A stretch of DNA of 64,000 bases, taken from NCBI GenBank assembly GCA_963773065.1, contig CAVYZN010000028.1:1-64000 (forward strand), given 5' to 3'. Positions within the stretch are counted from its first letter, which is position 1, and every line of letters starts with the position of its first letter. The translations under genes were made by a program, and so were the position numbers. The stretch is from an uncultured Gammaproteobacteria bacterium (lineage in GTDB: Bacteria; Pseudomonadota; Gammaproteobacteria; UBA9214). Positions 1 through 13,281 of the stretch are shown piece after piece. A model generated the notes under the pieces. That model had not been told where the DNA came from and did no database searches. It saw nothing but the letters and a program-made list of their open reading frames with translations.

Positions 1-2108
<2,108 letters not shown>

Positions 2109-2157
2109 CGATCAGGGCCCGGCTGTCAAACCAGTGGTAATAATAACGGAAATCCGG

Positions 2158-5100
2158 CTACATCGCCGCCATCTTGACCGCGTCATCGAGATCCACGGCC
2201 ACCAGACGGGAGACCCCGGGCTCATGCATGGTGACGCCGGTGAACTGCCTCGCCATCTCCATGGTGACCTTGTTGTGGGTGATGAAGATGAACTGCACGC
2301 GGTTCGACATTTCCCGCACCATGTCGCAATAGCGGCCGACATTGGCGTCATCGAGCGGGGCATCCACCTCATCGAGCATGCAGAACGGCGAGGGGTTGAG
2401 TTCGAAGATGGAAAACACCAGGGCGATCGCGGTCAGCGCCTTCTCCCCGCCGGAAAGCAGGTGTATGGTGCTGTTGCGCTTGCCGGGCGGGCGCGCCATC
2501 ACGGTGACGCCGGTGTCCAGCAGGTCCTCGCCGGTCAGTTCCAGGTAGGCCTGCCCGCCGCCGAACAGGCGCGGGAAACGCGCCCGGAAACCGGCATCGA
2601 CCTTGTCATAGGTATCCTTGAAACGCGCGCGCGTCTCCTTGTCGATCTTGGCGATGGCGCTCTCCAGCGTCTGCAGCGCCTCGGTCAGGTCCGCATGCTG
2701 GGCGTCGAGGTAAACCTTGCGCCTCGACTCCTCTTCATACTCCTCGATCGCCGCCAGGTTGATCGGTCCCAGCCGCTGGATGCGCTGGTCCAGTTGTTCC
2801 GCCCGCTCCGCCCAGACCTCGACGCTGGCTTGCGGGTCGATCGCATCGTGCAGCCTAGGGTAATCGAAGCCGGTCGCGGTGATCTGCTCGAGCAGAGTGT
2901 CGCTGCGCACCTTGATCTCCTGCCAGGCGAGGCGATCCTGCGCCAGCGTCATCGCGCCGGCTGCCGACGGCGCGCTCCTTGCGGAGGCGCTCCTGGTCCA
3001 GTTCCCGCACCCGGTGCTCGATATCCTCGACCTGCTGGCGCGCCGCGGCGAGCGCGGTTTCCGCTTCCCGGCGCCGTGACAGCATCACCTCGAGTTCCGC
3101 CTCGAGTGCCACGATGGGGTCATCACCCTGCGCGAGCGCGCCGGTGAGTTCATCGCGCCGGCCGGCGAGCTGCCCGGACTGCGCGCGCATGCGCGTGAGC
3201 CCTTCCTCGATCGCCGCCCTGCCCGTGCGCACGGACTCGGCCTGCAGCGCGAACTCGTGCACGGCCTGCTGGGCGCCGCGCGCCTGCTCCCGCGCCGCCT
3301 CCAGCGCACGGCCCAGGGCCTGCTGGCGATCGAGCCGCTCCCCGCGTTCCGCCGTCAGTGTTTCCAGGGCCGCCATGGCCTCCCGCAGGCGGCCCTGGGC
3401 CGCCGCGTATTCTTCCTGCCCGCCGGTTTTCTGCGTATGCAGTTCCCCGGTCTCCTTCCTGACATCGTGGCTGCGGGTCTGGTGATGCTCGATGCGCGAC
3501 CTTACGGCGGCCAGGCTGGCCTGCAGTTCGCCGGCGCGCCGATGGGCCTGGTTGTACGCCTCCTGCAGCTCATCGCGTTCGCGCTCCGCCGCCACCAGCG
3601 CGGCCCGCGCCTCGCCCATGGCGTTGCGCAGCGATTCGATGCGGCCGATCTGCTCGCGGCTTTCTTCCCGGAGCTGCCCGATCTCCCGCTCCCGCTGCAG
3701 CACGCCGGCCTTCTCGTCGGCATCGCGCGCGACGCGCAACCAGCTCCGCCCGAGCCAGATGCCGTCGCGGGTCACGATGGACTCGTGGTCGGTGAGGGCG
3801 TCCTTGTGCGCGAGCGCCTCGGCCAGTGATTCCGCGGCAAACACACCGTCGAGCAGGGAAGCCATCGACCAGGGAGAACGGACCTTGCCGGAGAGCGGCG
3901 CCAGCGTGCCGCCGGCCTGCGCCGCAGCACCCGTCGCGCGGGTATCGAAGAGGGCGATGGCGCCTTGCCGAAGACCGGCCAGCAGGGCCTCGGCATCTTC
4001 CAGACCGTCGACGCACACCGCCTCGAGATAAAAACCCAGGGCCGTTTCGACGGCATGCTCCCAGCCCTTTTCGACGTCGATTTCCTGGGCGAGGCGCGGC
4101 GCGTCCTTCAGCCCCCGGGATTCCAGCCACCCGGACACCAGTTCGGAGCGTTGCCCCAGGGCGGCCTGCTGCAGCGTTTCCAGGGAGGACAGTTTCCCGC
4201 GCAGGTCATGGTGGGCGCTCTGCAGCGCCGCGACTTCCTGCTCGTGGCGCTCGCTGCCGGCGCGGATATCCGCGATGCGCCGGGTCGCCGCCAGCAGCAG
4301 CGACTGTTTCCCGGTGGCCAGCTCCTCCTGCTCCCGCGCCGCACCGGTCAACTGTTCGACTTCCTCCTCGAGCGTGGCGCCGTCCAGGTTCTGCTGTTCC
4401 TGGTGCAGGCGCTCAAGACGTCCATCGAGCTGCTGCAGGTGGCGTTCGAGATGGTCGATGCGCGTGCGCTCGACCTGGACGGACTGCGAACGCTCCGCGG
4501 TGTGCCGGTTGAACTCGTCCCATTCCGCCTGCCAGGCACGCATCGCCTGTTCGGCCTCCTGCAGGCGGCCGGCGGTCTCCTCGCCGTGCCGGCGCGCCCC
4601 GGCCAGCCCCGGTTCGATCCGGGCGATTTCCCGGGCCAGATCCTCGAGCCGTTTGACGTCGCGCTCGATATGTTCCCCGATTTCACCCAGGGTCTGCTCG
4701 GCGCGGGCCAGTTCCTGTTGCTGCTGCTGGCGGGATTCCCTGCCGTGCTTGATGGCCTGCTCGAGGCGGGCCACGTCGGCGCCCAGCTTGTAATAGCGGC
4801 CCTGCACGGTGTTGAAGGTCTCGTTCGCCCCGGCCAGGCCGGCGCGGGACTGCTCCAGTTCCGCCTCGATGGCGCGCTGGGCGGCGAGCTCCGCCTGCAT
4901 TTCCAGTTCGCGTTCCTGTATCTGGCGTTCCCGGCTCGCGCACTTCTCGTGCAGATCGCCGTAGCGCAGGGCGAGCAGTTCCGCCTTGACCTGGCGCTCC
5001 TCCTCCTTGAGTTCCTTGAAGCGCTCGGCGGCGCGCGACTGGCGTTTCAGCTTTTCGAGCTGCTTCTCGATCTCCTCGAGCAAATCGTTCAGCCGGTCCA

Positions 5101-5671
5101 GGTTCTCCCGCGTATGGCGTATGCGGGTCTCGGTCTCGCGCCGGCGCTCCTTGTACTTGGAGATGCCGGCCGCCTCCTCGAGGAAGGCGCGCAAGTCTTC
5201 GGGCTTGGCCTCGATGAGACGGGAGATCATTCCCTGCTCGATGATCGAGTAACTGCGCGGCCCCAGGCCGGTGCCGAGGAAGATGTCGGTGATGTCGCGG
5301 CGGCGGCAGCGCACGCCGTTCAGGAAATAGGCGGAGGTTCCGTCGCGGGATACCTGGCGGCGCAGGGCGATTTCGCTATAGCCGGCGTACTGGCCGCCCA
5401 CCGCGCCGTCGCTGTTGTCGAACACCAGCTCGATGCTGGCATGCCCCACCGGCTTGCGCGCCGTGGAACCGTTGAAGATGACATCCGCCATGGAATCGCC
5501 GCGCAGGTGCTTGGCCGAGGTCTCCCCCATGACCCAGCGCACGGCATCGATGATGTTGGATTTGCCGCAGCCGTTCGGGCCGACGATGCCGACCAGGTTG
5601 CTGGGGAAGTAGATCGTCGTCGGGTCGACAAAGGACTTGAAACCGGCGAGCTTGACCTTGGACAACTGCAT
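2158..5671 (-). CDS. smc: Chromosome segregation protein SMC (frameshift near 2950)
   Basis: GFKSF, Walker A GPNGCGKS, long coiled coil, LSGGEK signature and LDEVDAPLD in the second ORF. Confidence 0.97.
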
Positions 5672-5773
5672 GGGCCCGAAAGATACAAGATTTGGGACCG
5701 CGGATACAACATTTTTGTCGGGCCGTCGGGTCCGAACCCAGCATCTTGTATTTTCCGTCGCCGCAATCGCAAG

Positions 5774-5801
5774 TTGACGGGTCCGCCGCCGTGCTTATAT
5801 T
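5774..5801 (+). promoter_or_regulatory. Putative sigma70 promoter of queF
   Basis: TTGACG-N16-TATATT ending 9 nt before the ATG at 5811. Confidence 0.45.
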
Positions 5802-5810
5802 GTGCACCCC

Positions 5811-6200
5811 ATGCCCACGACGCCAAGCAAAGCGCTGGAGACTTTCTCCAATCCCCATCCGGACCGCGACTACACCGTCCGCATCCGCATCCCGGAATTC
5901 ACCTGCCTGTGCCCGAAAACCGGGCAGCCGGATTTCGCGACCCTGACGCTCGAATATGTCCCTGACCTGCTGTGCGTGGAACTCAAGTCCCTCAAGCTTT
6001 ACATCTGGTCCTTCCGCGACGAAGGCGCCTTCCACGAAGATGTCACCAACCGCATCCTCAACGACCTGGTGGCGGCCTGCGCACCGCGGTTCATGCGCCT
6101 GCGCGCAAAATTCAATGTCCGCGGCGGAATTTATACCGACGTGGTCGTGGAACACCGCCAGCCCGGCTGGAAGCCGCAGCGCCGGGTTGAACTCGACTAG
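5811..6200 (+). CDS. queF: PreQ0 reductase QueF (short type I)
   Basis: [31 protein letters not shown] motifs. Confidence 0.96.
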   Translation: MPTTPSKALETFSNPHPDRDYTVRIRIPEFTCLCPKTGQPDFATLTLEYVPDLLCVELKSLKLYIWSFRDEGAFHEDVTNRILNDLVAACAPRFMRLRAKFNVRGGIYTDVVVEHRQPGWKPQRRVELD

Positions 6201-6256
6201 GCAGCGATCAGTTCGCGGCCAGGACCGCTAATCAGTGTTCGTCCATAAACACCCTT

Positions 6257-6595
6257 TTCACCGCAAAGGCGCAAAGAACGCAAAGGAATTTAATTGTTTA
6301 TCCTGATTACGCCTGAATCTCTGCCTCGACGGAGAAGGGCGGCATCCGGTCAGCGACGCAAGACCGTCTGCCGCAGGGATGCGGCAGTCAAAACACGATA
6401 ACTGGCTGAGGTCATTTCCCTCATCCTGGCGTTGTCCCGGTGTGTGCAGGAATCCCGTCAAACCGCACTACGTGGTATTCATGTCCTGCGGGTATGCAAC
6501 CTCTCAAATTCATTTAATTCTGAGTTTCAGGCGTAATCGGGAATGTTTTGGGTGTGACATAGATTTGCTTTGCAAACTTTGCGCCTTTGCGGTGA
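6257..6595. repeat. REP-like inverted pair, CACCGCAAAG family
   Basis: ttcaccgcaaaggcgcaaagaacgcaaag (6257-6285) is inverted to ctttgcaaactttgcgcctttgcggtga (6568-6595). Confidence 0.85.
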
Positions 6596-6607
6596 GTTAA
6601 TTTCGTT

Positions 6608-7907
6608 ATGGACGGACGCTACCTCGGCATCGATGTCGGCACCTCGGGTTGCCGCGCCTGCGTCATCGACGCGGCGGCGCGCATCCAGGCCGAGGCTGCC
6701 GCACCCCTGCCTGCCCCGCGGCAAATCCACGGCGGGTTCGAACAGGATGCGGAGATCTGGTGGGCGGCGCTCGGCGCGGTCCTCGACCGGCTCGCCGCGA
6801 GGATAGCACTGGCCGGCGTTGACGCCATTGCCGTCGACGGCACCTCGGGCACCCTGCTGTGTTGCGACGCCGGGGGCACGCCGCTCGGGCCGGCCCTGAT
6901 GTACCACGATGCGCGCGCCATCGAGGAGGCGCGGCAGATCGCCGCCCTTGCCCCGCCGAAGAGAGCGCCGCCCACGGCCCGACCTCGAGCCTCGCCAAGC
7001 TGCTTTACCTGCACGCCCGCGGGGCAGACACGCGGGGCCCGCCATGCCCTGCACCAGGCCGACTGGCTGGCGGGACGGCTGGCCGGCCGCCAGGGCATCA
7101 GCGACGAGAACAACGCCGCGAAACTGGGCTATGATGCGGTCAGGCGCGTCTGGCCGGCGTGGCTGGAGCGCCTGGGTATCCCGCGCGCCCTGTTGCCCGA
7201 GGTGGTCCCGTCTGGCCAGCCGATCGGGACGATCGACCCCGCCTTGCGCGGGCGCTGGGGTTTCTCCGCCGCGACCCGCATCGTCAGCGGGACCACCGAC
7301 AGCACGGCCGGATTCATCGCGACGGGCGCCGGGCCCGGCGAGGCCGTCACCTCGCTCGGCAGCACGCTGGTGCTGAAGGTGTGCACCGCCCATCCGGTGT
7401 TCGCCCCGCGCTACGGCGTCTACAGCCACCGGCTGGGAGATCACTGGCTGGCGGGCGGGGCGTCGAACAGCGGCGGCGCGGTGCTGCGCCGCTACTTCTC
7501 GCCAGCGGAGATCGAACGGCTCTCGGCAGGCGTGCGGCCGGACAAACCCACCGGCCTGGACTACTATCCGTTGCCCGCGCCCGGTGAACGCTTTCCCGAG
7601 TACAATCCCCAACTGCCGCCGCGACTCGAGCCGCGCCCGGAAGATGATGCCGTGTTCTTTCAAGGCATCCTGGAAGGAATCGCGGCCATCGAACGGCGCG
7701 GCTACCGCCTGCTGGAGGAACTCGGCGCACCCTACCCGCGTGCGGGTCCACAGCGTTGGCGGCGGCGCGGCCAATAGCGCCTGGCGCTCGATCCGGGAGA
7801 CGCTGCTCGGGGTTCCGGTCATCGCCGCCGAACACCAGAGCGCCGCCTACGGCGCGGCCCTGCTCGCCCGTCGCGGCGCGCAAGAACGAAATAGTGTTCA
7901 TCCATAA
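6608..7907 (+). CDS. FGGY-family carbohydrate kinase (frameshifts)
   Basis: LGIDVGTSG, VDGTSGT, GTTDSTA, TSLGSTL, and VGGGA in the shifted frame. Confidence 0.9.
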
Positions 7908-7915
7908 ACACCGTT

Positions 7916-8086
7916 TTCACCGCAAAGACGCACGACTGCAGGGAGAAGGTGGACCGGGAACGGTAGAGGCTGGCCGGGCCATGCAGGAGGTAGAGCAATG
8001 CAGGGAGCAATTGCCGAAAGTTCGCGAAGAAACTTATTAACAAGAGACAATTGAACCTCTTTGCGTTCTTCGCGTCTTTGCGGTGA
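7916..8086. repeat. REP-like inverted pair (CACCGCAAAG family) with a second repeat nested in its left arm
   Basis: Arms at 7916-8029 (interrupted at 7932-8016) and 8059-8086. Confidence 0.8.
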
Positions 8087-8120
8087 GTTTAATTCTTTAT
8101 GAACGGACGCGAGGTAGCTT

Positions 8121-8867
8121 ATGAATGATGCGATCAAGGGCATCGGCTATGTGAGGGAGGGCCTGCGTCTGATGCGCCAGCCGGGCTTGCGCCGCTATGT
8201 GGCCATGCCGTTGCTCATCAGCGTGGTGATCTTCACCACGGCCATCCTGGCCGGCGTCCACTGGCTGGAGGTGCTGCTCTCCTGGCTGCTGGGCTGGCTG
8301 CCGGGCTGGCTCGACTGGCTGCGATACCTGCTGTGGCCGCTGTTCGCGCTCACCGGAGTGCTGCTGATCTTTTATACCTTCAGCCTGCTCACCAACCTGA
8401 TCGCCGCGCCGTTCAACGGCCTGCTGGCCGAGGCCGTGGAGCGCCACCTGGACGGAGCGTCCATGGCGGACGCCGGCGGCTGGCGGGCGCTGCTCAAGGA
8501 CATCCTGCCCAGCCTGTACTCGGAGTTGCGCAAGCTCCTCTACTTCGCCCTGCGCGCCCTGCCGCTCGCTCTGCTGTTCCTGATTCCGCCGGTGAACCTC
8601 GCCGCCCCCTTCCTGTGGGCGTTGTTCAGCGCCTGGATGCTGGCCATCGAGTATGTGGATTACCCGATGGCCAACCACCGGCTGCATTTCGCGGAACAGC
8701 GCAAACGGCTGCGGCGGCGCAGACTGCTGGCCTGGGGATTCGGCGGCGCGTCATTGCTGATGACCCTGATCCCGGTGGTGAACTTCCTCGCCATGCCGGC
8801 CTCCGTCGCCGGCGCCACGGCGATGTGGGTCCGGGAATTCAAGCAAAGCGGTCAGGGTAAACCTTAA
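8121..8867 (+). CDS. cysZ: Sulfate transporter CysZ (EI24 family), copy 1, full length
   Basis: PGLRRYVAMPLLI, NLIAAPFNGLLAE, WMLAIEYVDYP, MPASVAGAT. Confidence 0.92.
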   Translation: MNDAIKGIGYVREGLRLMRQPGLRRYVAMPLLISVVIFTTAILAGVHWLEVLLSWLLGWLPGWLDWLRYLLWPLFALTGVLLIFYTFSLLTNLIAAPFNGLLAEAVERHLDGASMADAGGWRALLKDILPSLYSELRKLLYFALRALPLALLFLIPPVNLAAPFLWALFSAWMLAIEYVDYPMANHRLHFAEQRKRLRRRRLLAWGFGGASLLMTLIPVVNFLAMPASVAGATAMWVREFKQSGQGKP

Positions 8868-8874
8868 TTACATC

Positions 8875-9039
8875 TCACCGCAGAGACGCAGAGAACGCAA
8901 AGAAATCCTAGTGTTAAAAACAATTCGTGAAGAATTCACTTCGATATCGCTTACCATCTAGCATGTGAATGAACGTGATCTTCACTGTCATGGTTCTTGA
9001 ATTAACTGTTACTTTGCGTTCTCTGCGTCTCTGCGGTGA
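8875..9039. repeat. REP-like perfect 28-bp inverted pair (CACCGCAGAG variant)
   Basis: tcaccgcagagacgcagagaacgcaaag 8875-8902 and its exact reverse complement 9012-9039. Confidence 0.9.
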
Positions 9040-9040
9040 A

Positions 9041-10229
9041 TCATTTTTTATCGATGCGGCGCGCTGGGCTATGTCCCAGGTATTCCTTCAGGCGGCGCAC
9101 GCCTTCCTCGAGATTCTCCAGGGAGGTGGTGTAGGCGAAGCGCACGTGCTGTTCGGGCCGGTGGTTGCCGAAATCGATCCCCGGGGTTATCGCCACGCCG
9201 GCCTCCTCCAGCAACCGCGCCGAGAATCCGTAGCTGTCGTCGGTGTAGCGGCTGCAGTCGGCATAGAGGTAAAAGGCGCCTTCCGGCGTGCCGGCGATTT
9301 CAAAACCGAGGGCGCGCAAGGCCGGCAGCAGGTAGTCGCGGCGCGCGCGGAATTCCAGCCGGCGCGCCTCGAGGATGGCGATGTTTTCCGGATCGAACGC
9401 CGTCAGCGCGGCGTACTGGGCCAGCGTCGGGGCCGCGAGATACAGGTTCTGCGCCAGCTTGTCGATCTCGGGCAGATACTCCCGCGGGGCCACCAGCCAG
9501 CCCAAGCGCCAGCCCGTCATGCCGAAGTACTTGGAGAAACTGTTGATGACGAAGATATCATCGGATATGGCAAGCGCGGTACTCGCCGCATCACCGTAGG
9601 TGAGGCCATGATAGATCTCGTCGACCACCAGGCGGCCGCCGTGTGACTGCGTCACCGCAAAAAGCGCGCGGATATCCCGCTCGGACAAGCAACGTGCCGG
9701 TCGGGTTGGAGGGCGAGGCCACCAGCAGCGCGGCCACGGACCCGGTCCAGGCGGCGTTGACCAAGGCGGCATGGGGCTGATAGTTGGTCGCGGCATCGAC
9801 CGGCAAGCCGACCGGTACGCCGTTCAGCAGATGGACGAAATTGCGGTTGCACGGGTAGCCCGGGTCGGCCATCAATACCCGGTCACCCGGATCGACCAGA
9901 ACCGCGAGCACCAGTTGCAGGGCGGCCGAGGCGCCGGGCGTTATCACGATACGCTCCGCTTCGACCTCGACGCCGTAACGCTCGCGGTAAAACCCGGAGA
10001 GTCGCCGGCGCAACGCCGTCAGGCCCACCGCCGGGGTGTAATGGGTCCGGCCCTCCCGCAACGCCCGGATGCCGGCGTCGATCACCGGTTGCGGCGTGAT
10101 GAAATCCGGCTCGCCGATCTCCATGTGGATGATCGAACGTCCGCCGGCTTCCAGCTCCCGCGCGCGCGCCAGCAAGGCCATCACGTGGAAGGGCTGTATG
10201 CTCGCCATGCGGGTGGCCAGTCGTGACAT
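9041..10229 (-). CDS. PLP-dependent class I/II aminotransferase, copy 1 (frameshift near 9690)
   Basis: IGEPDF, SPSNPTG, VDEIY, NSFSKYFGMTGWRLGW. Confidence 0.92.
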
Positions 10230-11059
10230 TGAATCGCGCCCCTCCGCCCCGCCCGCCGCACGGCGTGCCGGCCTGGCGTGGGCGTGCACGCGGCGCAGGA
10301 AGGCGATATCGACCATCCCCCCGGGGTCCAGGCTCGCCGGCGAGCCGGTGACAGGGACTGTCTGGTCTCGCCCAGCCCGTCGAGCACGGCGGCGGCGCCG
10401 GCTGAAATCCTGGTCCCGGGTATAGCCGTTGACGGTGATGAGAACATCCACGCCCGCGCCTCGCGCCGAGAGCAGGCCGTTGGCCGAATCCTCGATGGCA
10501 AGACAACGTTCCGCCGGCAGGCCCAGCCGCTCCAGCGCATAGTGGTAAATATCCGGGGCGGGTTTCTTGGCGGGAACGGCATCACCCGCCGCGATGAGGG
10601 CAAACCAGCCCGCGACATCGCCGCTGAAACTGTGTTCGAGGAGACTGTCCACATTTTCCGGCGAGGTGGTGGTCACGATCGCCAGGCGCAGCCCCTGCGC
10701 CCGCGCTTCCCGGATCAGTCGCTCGACACCCGGGCGCAGCGGTACATCACCCAGCGAGAGCATCTGCACATAAAAGCGTGTCTTGTCGCGATGCAGGCCG
10801 GCGATAAACGCATCGAGATCACCCGCGGGCCGGAAGGATGGCGCATGGCGTTCAAGAAAATAACGAATGCGCTCCCGGCCACCCGTAATCCGCAGCAAAT
10901 CCTGATAGAGCGCCTGGTCCCAGTACCAGTTAAGACCGGCGCCGGTGAAAGCCGCATTGAAAGCCAGGCGGTGCATTTCCTCGGTATCCGCGAGAGTACC
11001 GTCGACATCAAACAGCAGGGCCTCCAGCGCCGGCGTACTGCCAATGCATCGTGACACAT
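10230..11059 (-). CDS. HAD-IA hydrolase, CbbY-like, copy 1 (indels; 3' end uncertain)
   Basis: FDVDGTLADTE, HRLAFN, GGRERI, KKPAPDIY, IEDS. Confidence 0.88.
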
Positions 11060-11138
11060 GGTGAGTGGGTATTTATACCGGCCGGTTTAGCAGCCCGGGG
11101 CGAGCCCGCCAGACCGTTTCAGCGTCCAGTCCCCGTTC

Positions 11139-11166
11139 TTGACTAATGGCGAAAGAGGCGTATAAA
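11139..11166 (+). promoter_or_regulatory. Putative sigma70 promoter of dksA (repeated at 16033-16060)
   Basis: TTGACT-N16-TATAAA, identical in both duplicated copies. Confidence 0.45.
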
Positions 11167-11282
11167 TAACGCCCCTGTAAAGTAATGCCTGCCGCTAGCC
11201 AGCATTTTTACAATGGCTTGAACCATCAATTACTTGAATGCGAAACAGTTAATCAAAGCTGCTGTTTCCGGAGATAGTTTAC

Positions 11283-11963
11283 ATGGCTGTCAAGAAGAAA
11301 GCAGCGATATCCAAGGCTACGGCAAAGAAGAAGACCGCGCCCAAGAAGCCGGTGGTCAAAAAGACAGTCAGCCGCCAGGCTCCGGGCAAGAAAGCCGCAC
11401 CGAGTAAACCCGTGAAAAAGACCGCAGCCGTGAAAAAGACCACACCCGTGAAAAAAGCTGCGCCCGTGAAAAAGGCCGCGACCGGGAACAAGGTCGCCGC
11501 CAAAAAGAAACCCGCCCCGGCCAGAATCGACAAGGCCACATCGGGCAAGGTCGGACCCGTGCCGGGCATCGCCGCCTATACCGAAACCAAGGGCGAGGAG
11601 TACATGAACGAGGCACAGGTCGCCCACTTCAGGAACATCCTGCTGACCTGGAAAAAAGAACTGATGGAAGAGGTGGACCGCACGGTACACCACATGCAGG
11701 ATGATGCCGCGAATTTCCCCGATCCGAATGACCGGGCGACGCAGGAATCGGAATTCAGCATGGAACTGCGCGCCCGCGACCGCGAACGCAAGCTGATCAA
11801 GAAAATCGATGAGGCGCTGGAAAACCTCGACAATAACGAATACGGTTATTGCGAGGCGTGCGGCGTTGAAATCGGGGTGAAGCGTCTCGAGGCGCGCCCG
11901 ACCGCCAACCTGTGCATCGACTGCAAGATACTCGACGAGATCAGGGAAAAACAGATGGGATAG
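11283..11963 (+). CDS. dksA: RNA polymerase-binding protein DksA with K/A/P-rich N-terminal extension, copy 1
   Basis: DPNDRA coiled-coil tip, CEAC...CIDC zinc finger, RLEARP. Confidence 0.96.
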   Translation: MAVKKKAAISKATAKKKTAPKKPVVKKTVSRQAPGKKAAPSKPVKKTAAVKKTTPVKKAAPVKKAATGNKVAAKKKPAPARIDKATSGKVGPVPGIAAYTETKGEEYMNEAQVAHFRNILLTWKKELMEEVDRTVHHMQDDAANFPDPNDRATQESEFSMELRARDRERKLIKKIDEALENLDNNEYGYCEACGVEIGVKRLEARPTANLCIDCKILDEIREKQMG

Positions 11964-12070
11964 CCTTCCCGCCCGGATGTTTCATACGATAGCCGGCTCA
12001 TGCCGGCTTCGTGTTCACGGTCTAACAGCAGCGATTTCGCCTGAGGAGCGCGGCTATCACAGGTTCGCGT

Positions 12071-12133
12071 GTAGGAGCGGGCTTGCCCGCAGCGGTTGTT
12101 GCATGGGCCTGGTTCGCGGCAAGCCCGTCCTAC
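12071..12133. repeat. GTAG-type REP doublet
   Basis: gtaggagcgggcttgcccgc ... gcggcaagcccgtcctac. Confidence 0.75.
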
Positions 12134-12171
12134 GAATAGCTTTGGCTCGAACGCTTACACTCCGACAGACG

Positions 12172-13096
12172 ATGCCCGTCCGGAACACACACAAACCCTA
12201 TCGGGGCCGCTTCGCGCCCTCGCCGACGGGCCCGCTGCATTTCGGCTCCCTGGTGGCGGCGGTCGGGAGCTACCTCGATGCGCGCCATCATCACGGCGAG
12301 TGGCGGCTGCGTATCGAGGATATCGACCCGCCGCGCGAGATGCCTGGCGCCGCCGACGAAATCCTGAGAACACTGGAACGCTTCGGCCTGGAATGGGATG
12401 GCCCGGTGTCATACCAAAGCAGGCGCAGAGACTGGTATGAGGCGGCACTCGAGCGGCTGCAACAGCGCGGATTTGTGTATGGCTGCGCCTGTACGCGCAA
12501 GGAAATCTCGGACAGCGACATGCCGGGCGATCGCGGCGGCGTGTATCCGGGCACCTGCCGCGGAGGATTGCCGGCGGGGCGTTAGGCGCGTGCACTGCGG
12601 GTACGCGTCGAGGACGGCGATATCGGCGTGAGGGATCGCCTGCAGGGTCACACCCGCCAGAGGCTGCGTGAAGAAGTGGGTGATTTCATCGTGCGCCGGG
12701 CGGACGGTTTCATCGCCTACCAGCTCGCCGTCGTGGTCGACGATGCCGGGCAGGGGATAACCCATATCGTGCGGGGCGTTGACCTGCTCGGTTCGACGCC
12801 GCGGCAGATCTACCTGCAGCGGCTGCTCGAATTACCAACCCCCGACTACCTGCACCTGCCGGTGGCCGTGAATGGCGCCGGTGAAAAACTCAGCAAACAG
12901 ACGCATGCGCACGATGTCAACCCCGAGGATAACGGCAGCAGTCTGCGGGACGTGCTGCGCTTCCTGGACCAGGGGCTGCCGAATCGGCAGAGGATGCCAG
13001 CGCCGAGGAACTCGGCGGTGGGCAATTGAACACTGGGATGTCCGGTCCATACCCGCCGACCGCACGCTGCCGTCACCCGCGCAATACACCGGTTAA
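12172..13096 (+). pseudogene. gluQ: Glutamyl-Q tRNA(Asp) synthetase, copy 1, interrupted (real lesion or read error)
   Basis: [19 protein letters not shown]; TAG at 12583-12585 where copy 2 has TCG; indels near the 3' end. Confidence 0.7.
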
Positions 13097-13217
13097 TGGA
13101 CTAATCTTCCGATGTTCCCGTTTTCAACGGACTCTGGCGCGCGCGCTATCCGCGGCTATAATGACGGACCTTCGCGTTCACCTTGCGTGAGCAGAATAAT
13201 CGATTGGAGAGAGCTGC

Positions 13218-13281
13218 ATGACTGACACTAAGAACTACGATATCTCGTAGTCCTTTGCTAAGAGCGCGCATCTGGATGAGG
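13218..13281 (+). pseudogene. acs: Truncated 5' fragment of acs at the duplication junction
   Basis: Matches 18164-18227 with substitutions, including an in-frame TAG. Confidence 0.85.

Noticed and set aside
3965-5965. Long antisense ORFs (666 aa here; also 35541-37616, 38590-40347, 47073-48818, 57087-58589)
   Set aside because: Shadow frames of real genes in high-GC DNA, with no recognisable motifs
9591-11057. Apparent CbbY-aminotransferase fusion ORF (488 aa)
   Set aside because: Copy 2 has two separate intact genes, and copy 1 has indels around the join
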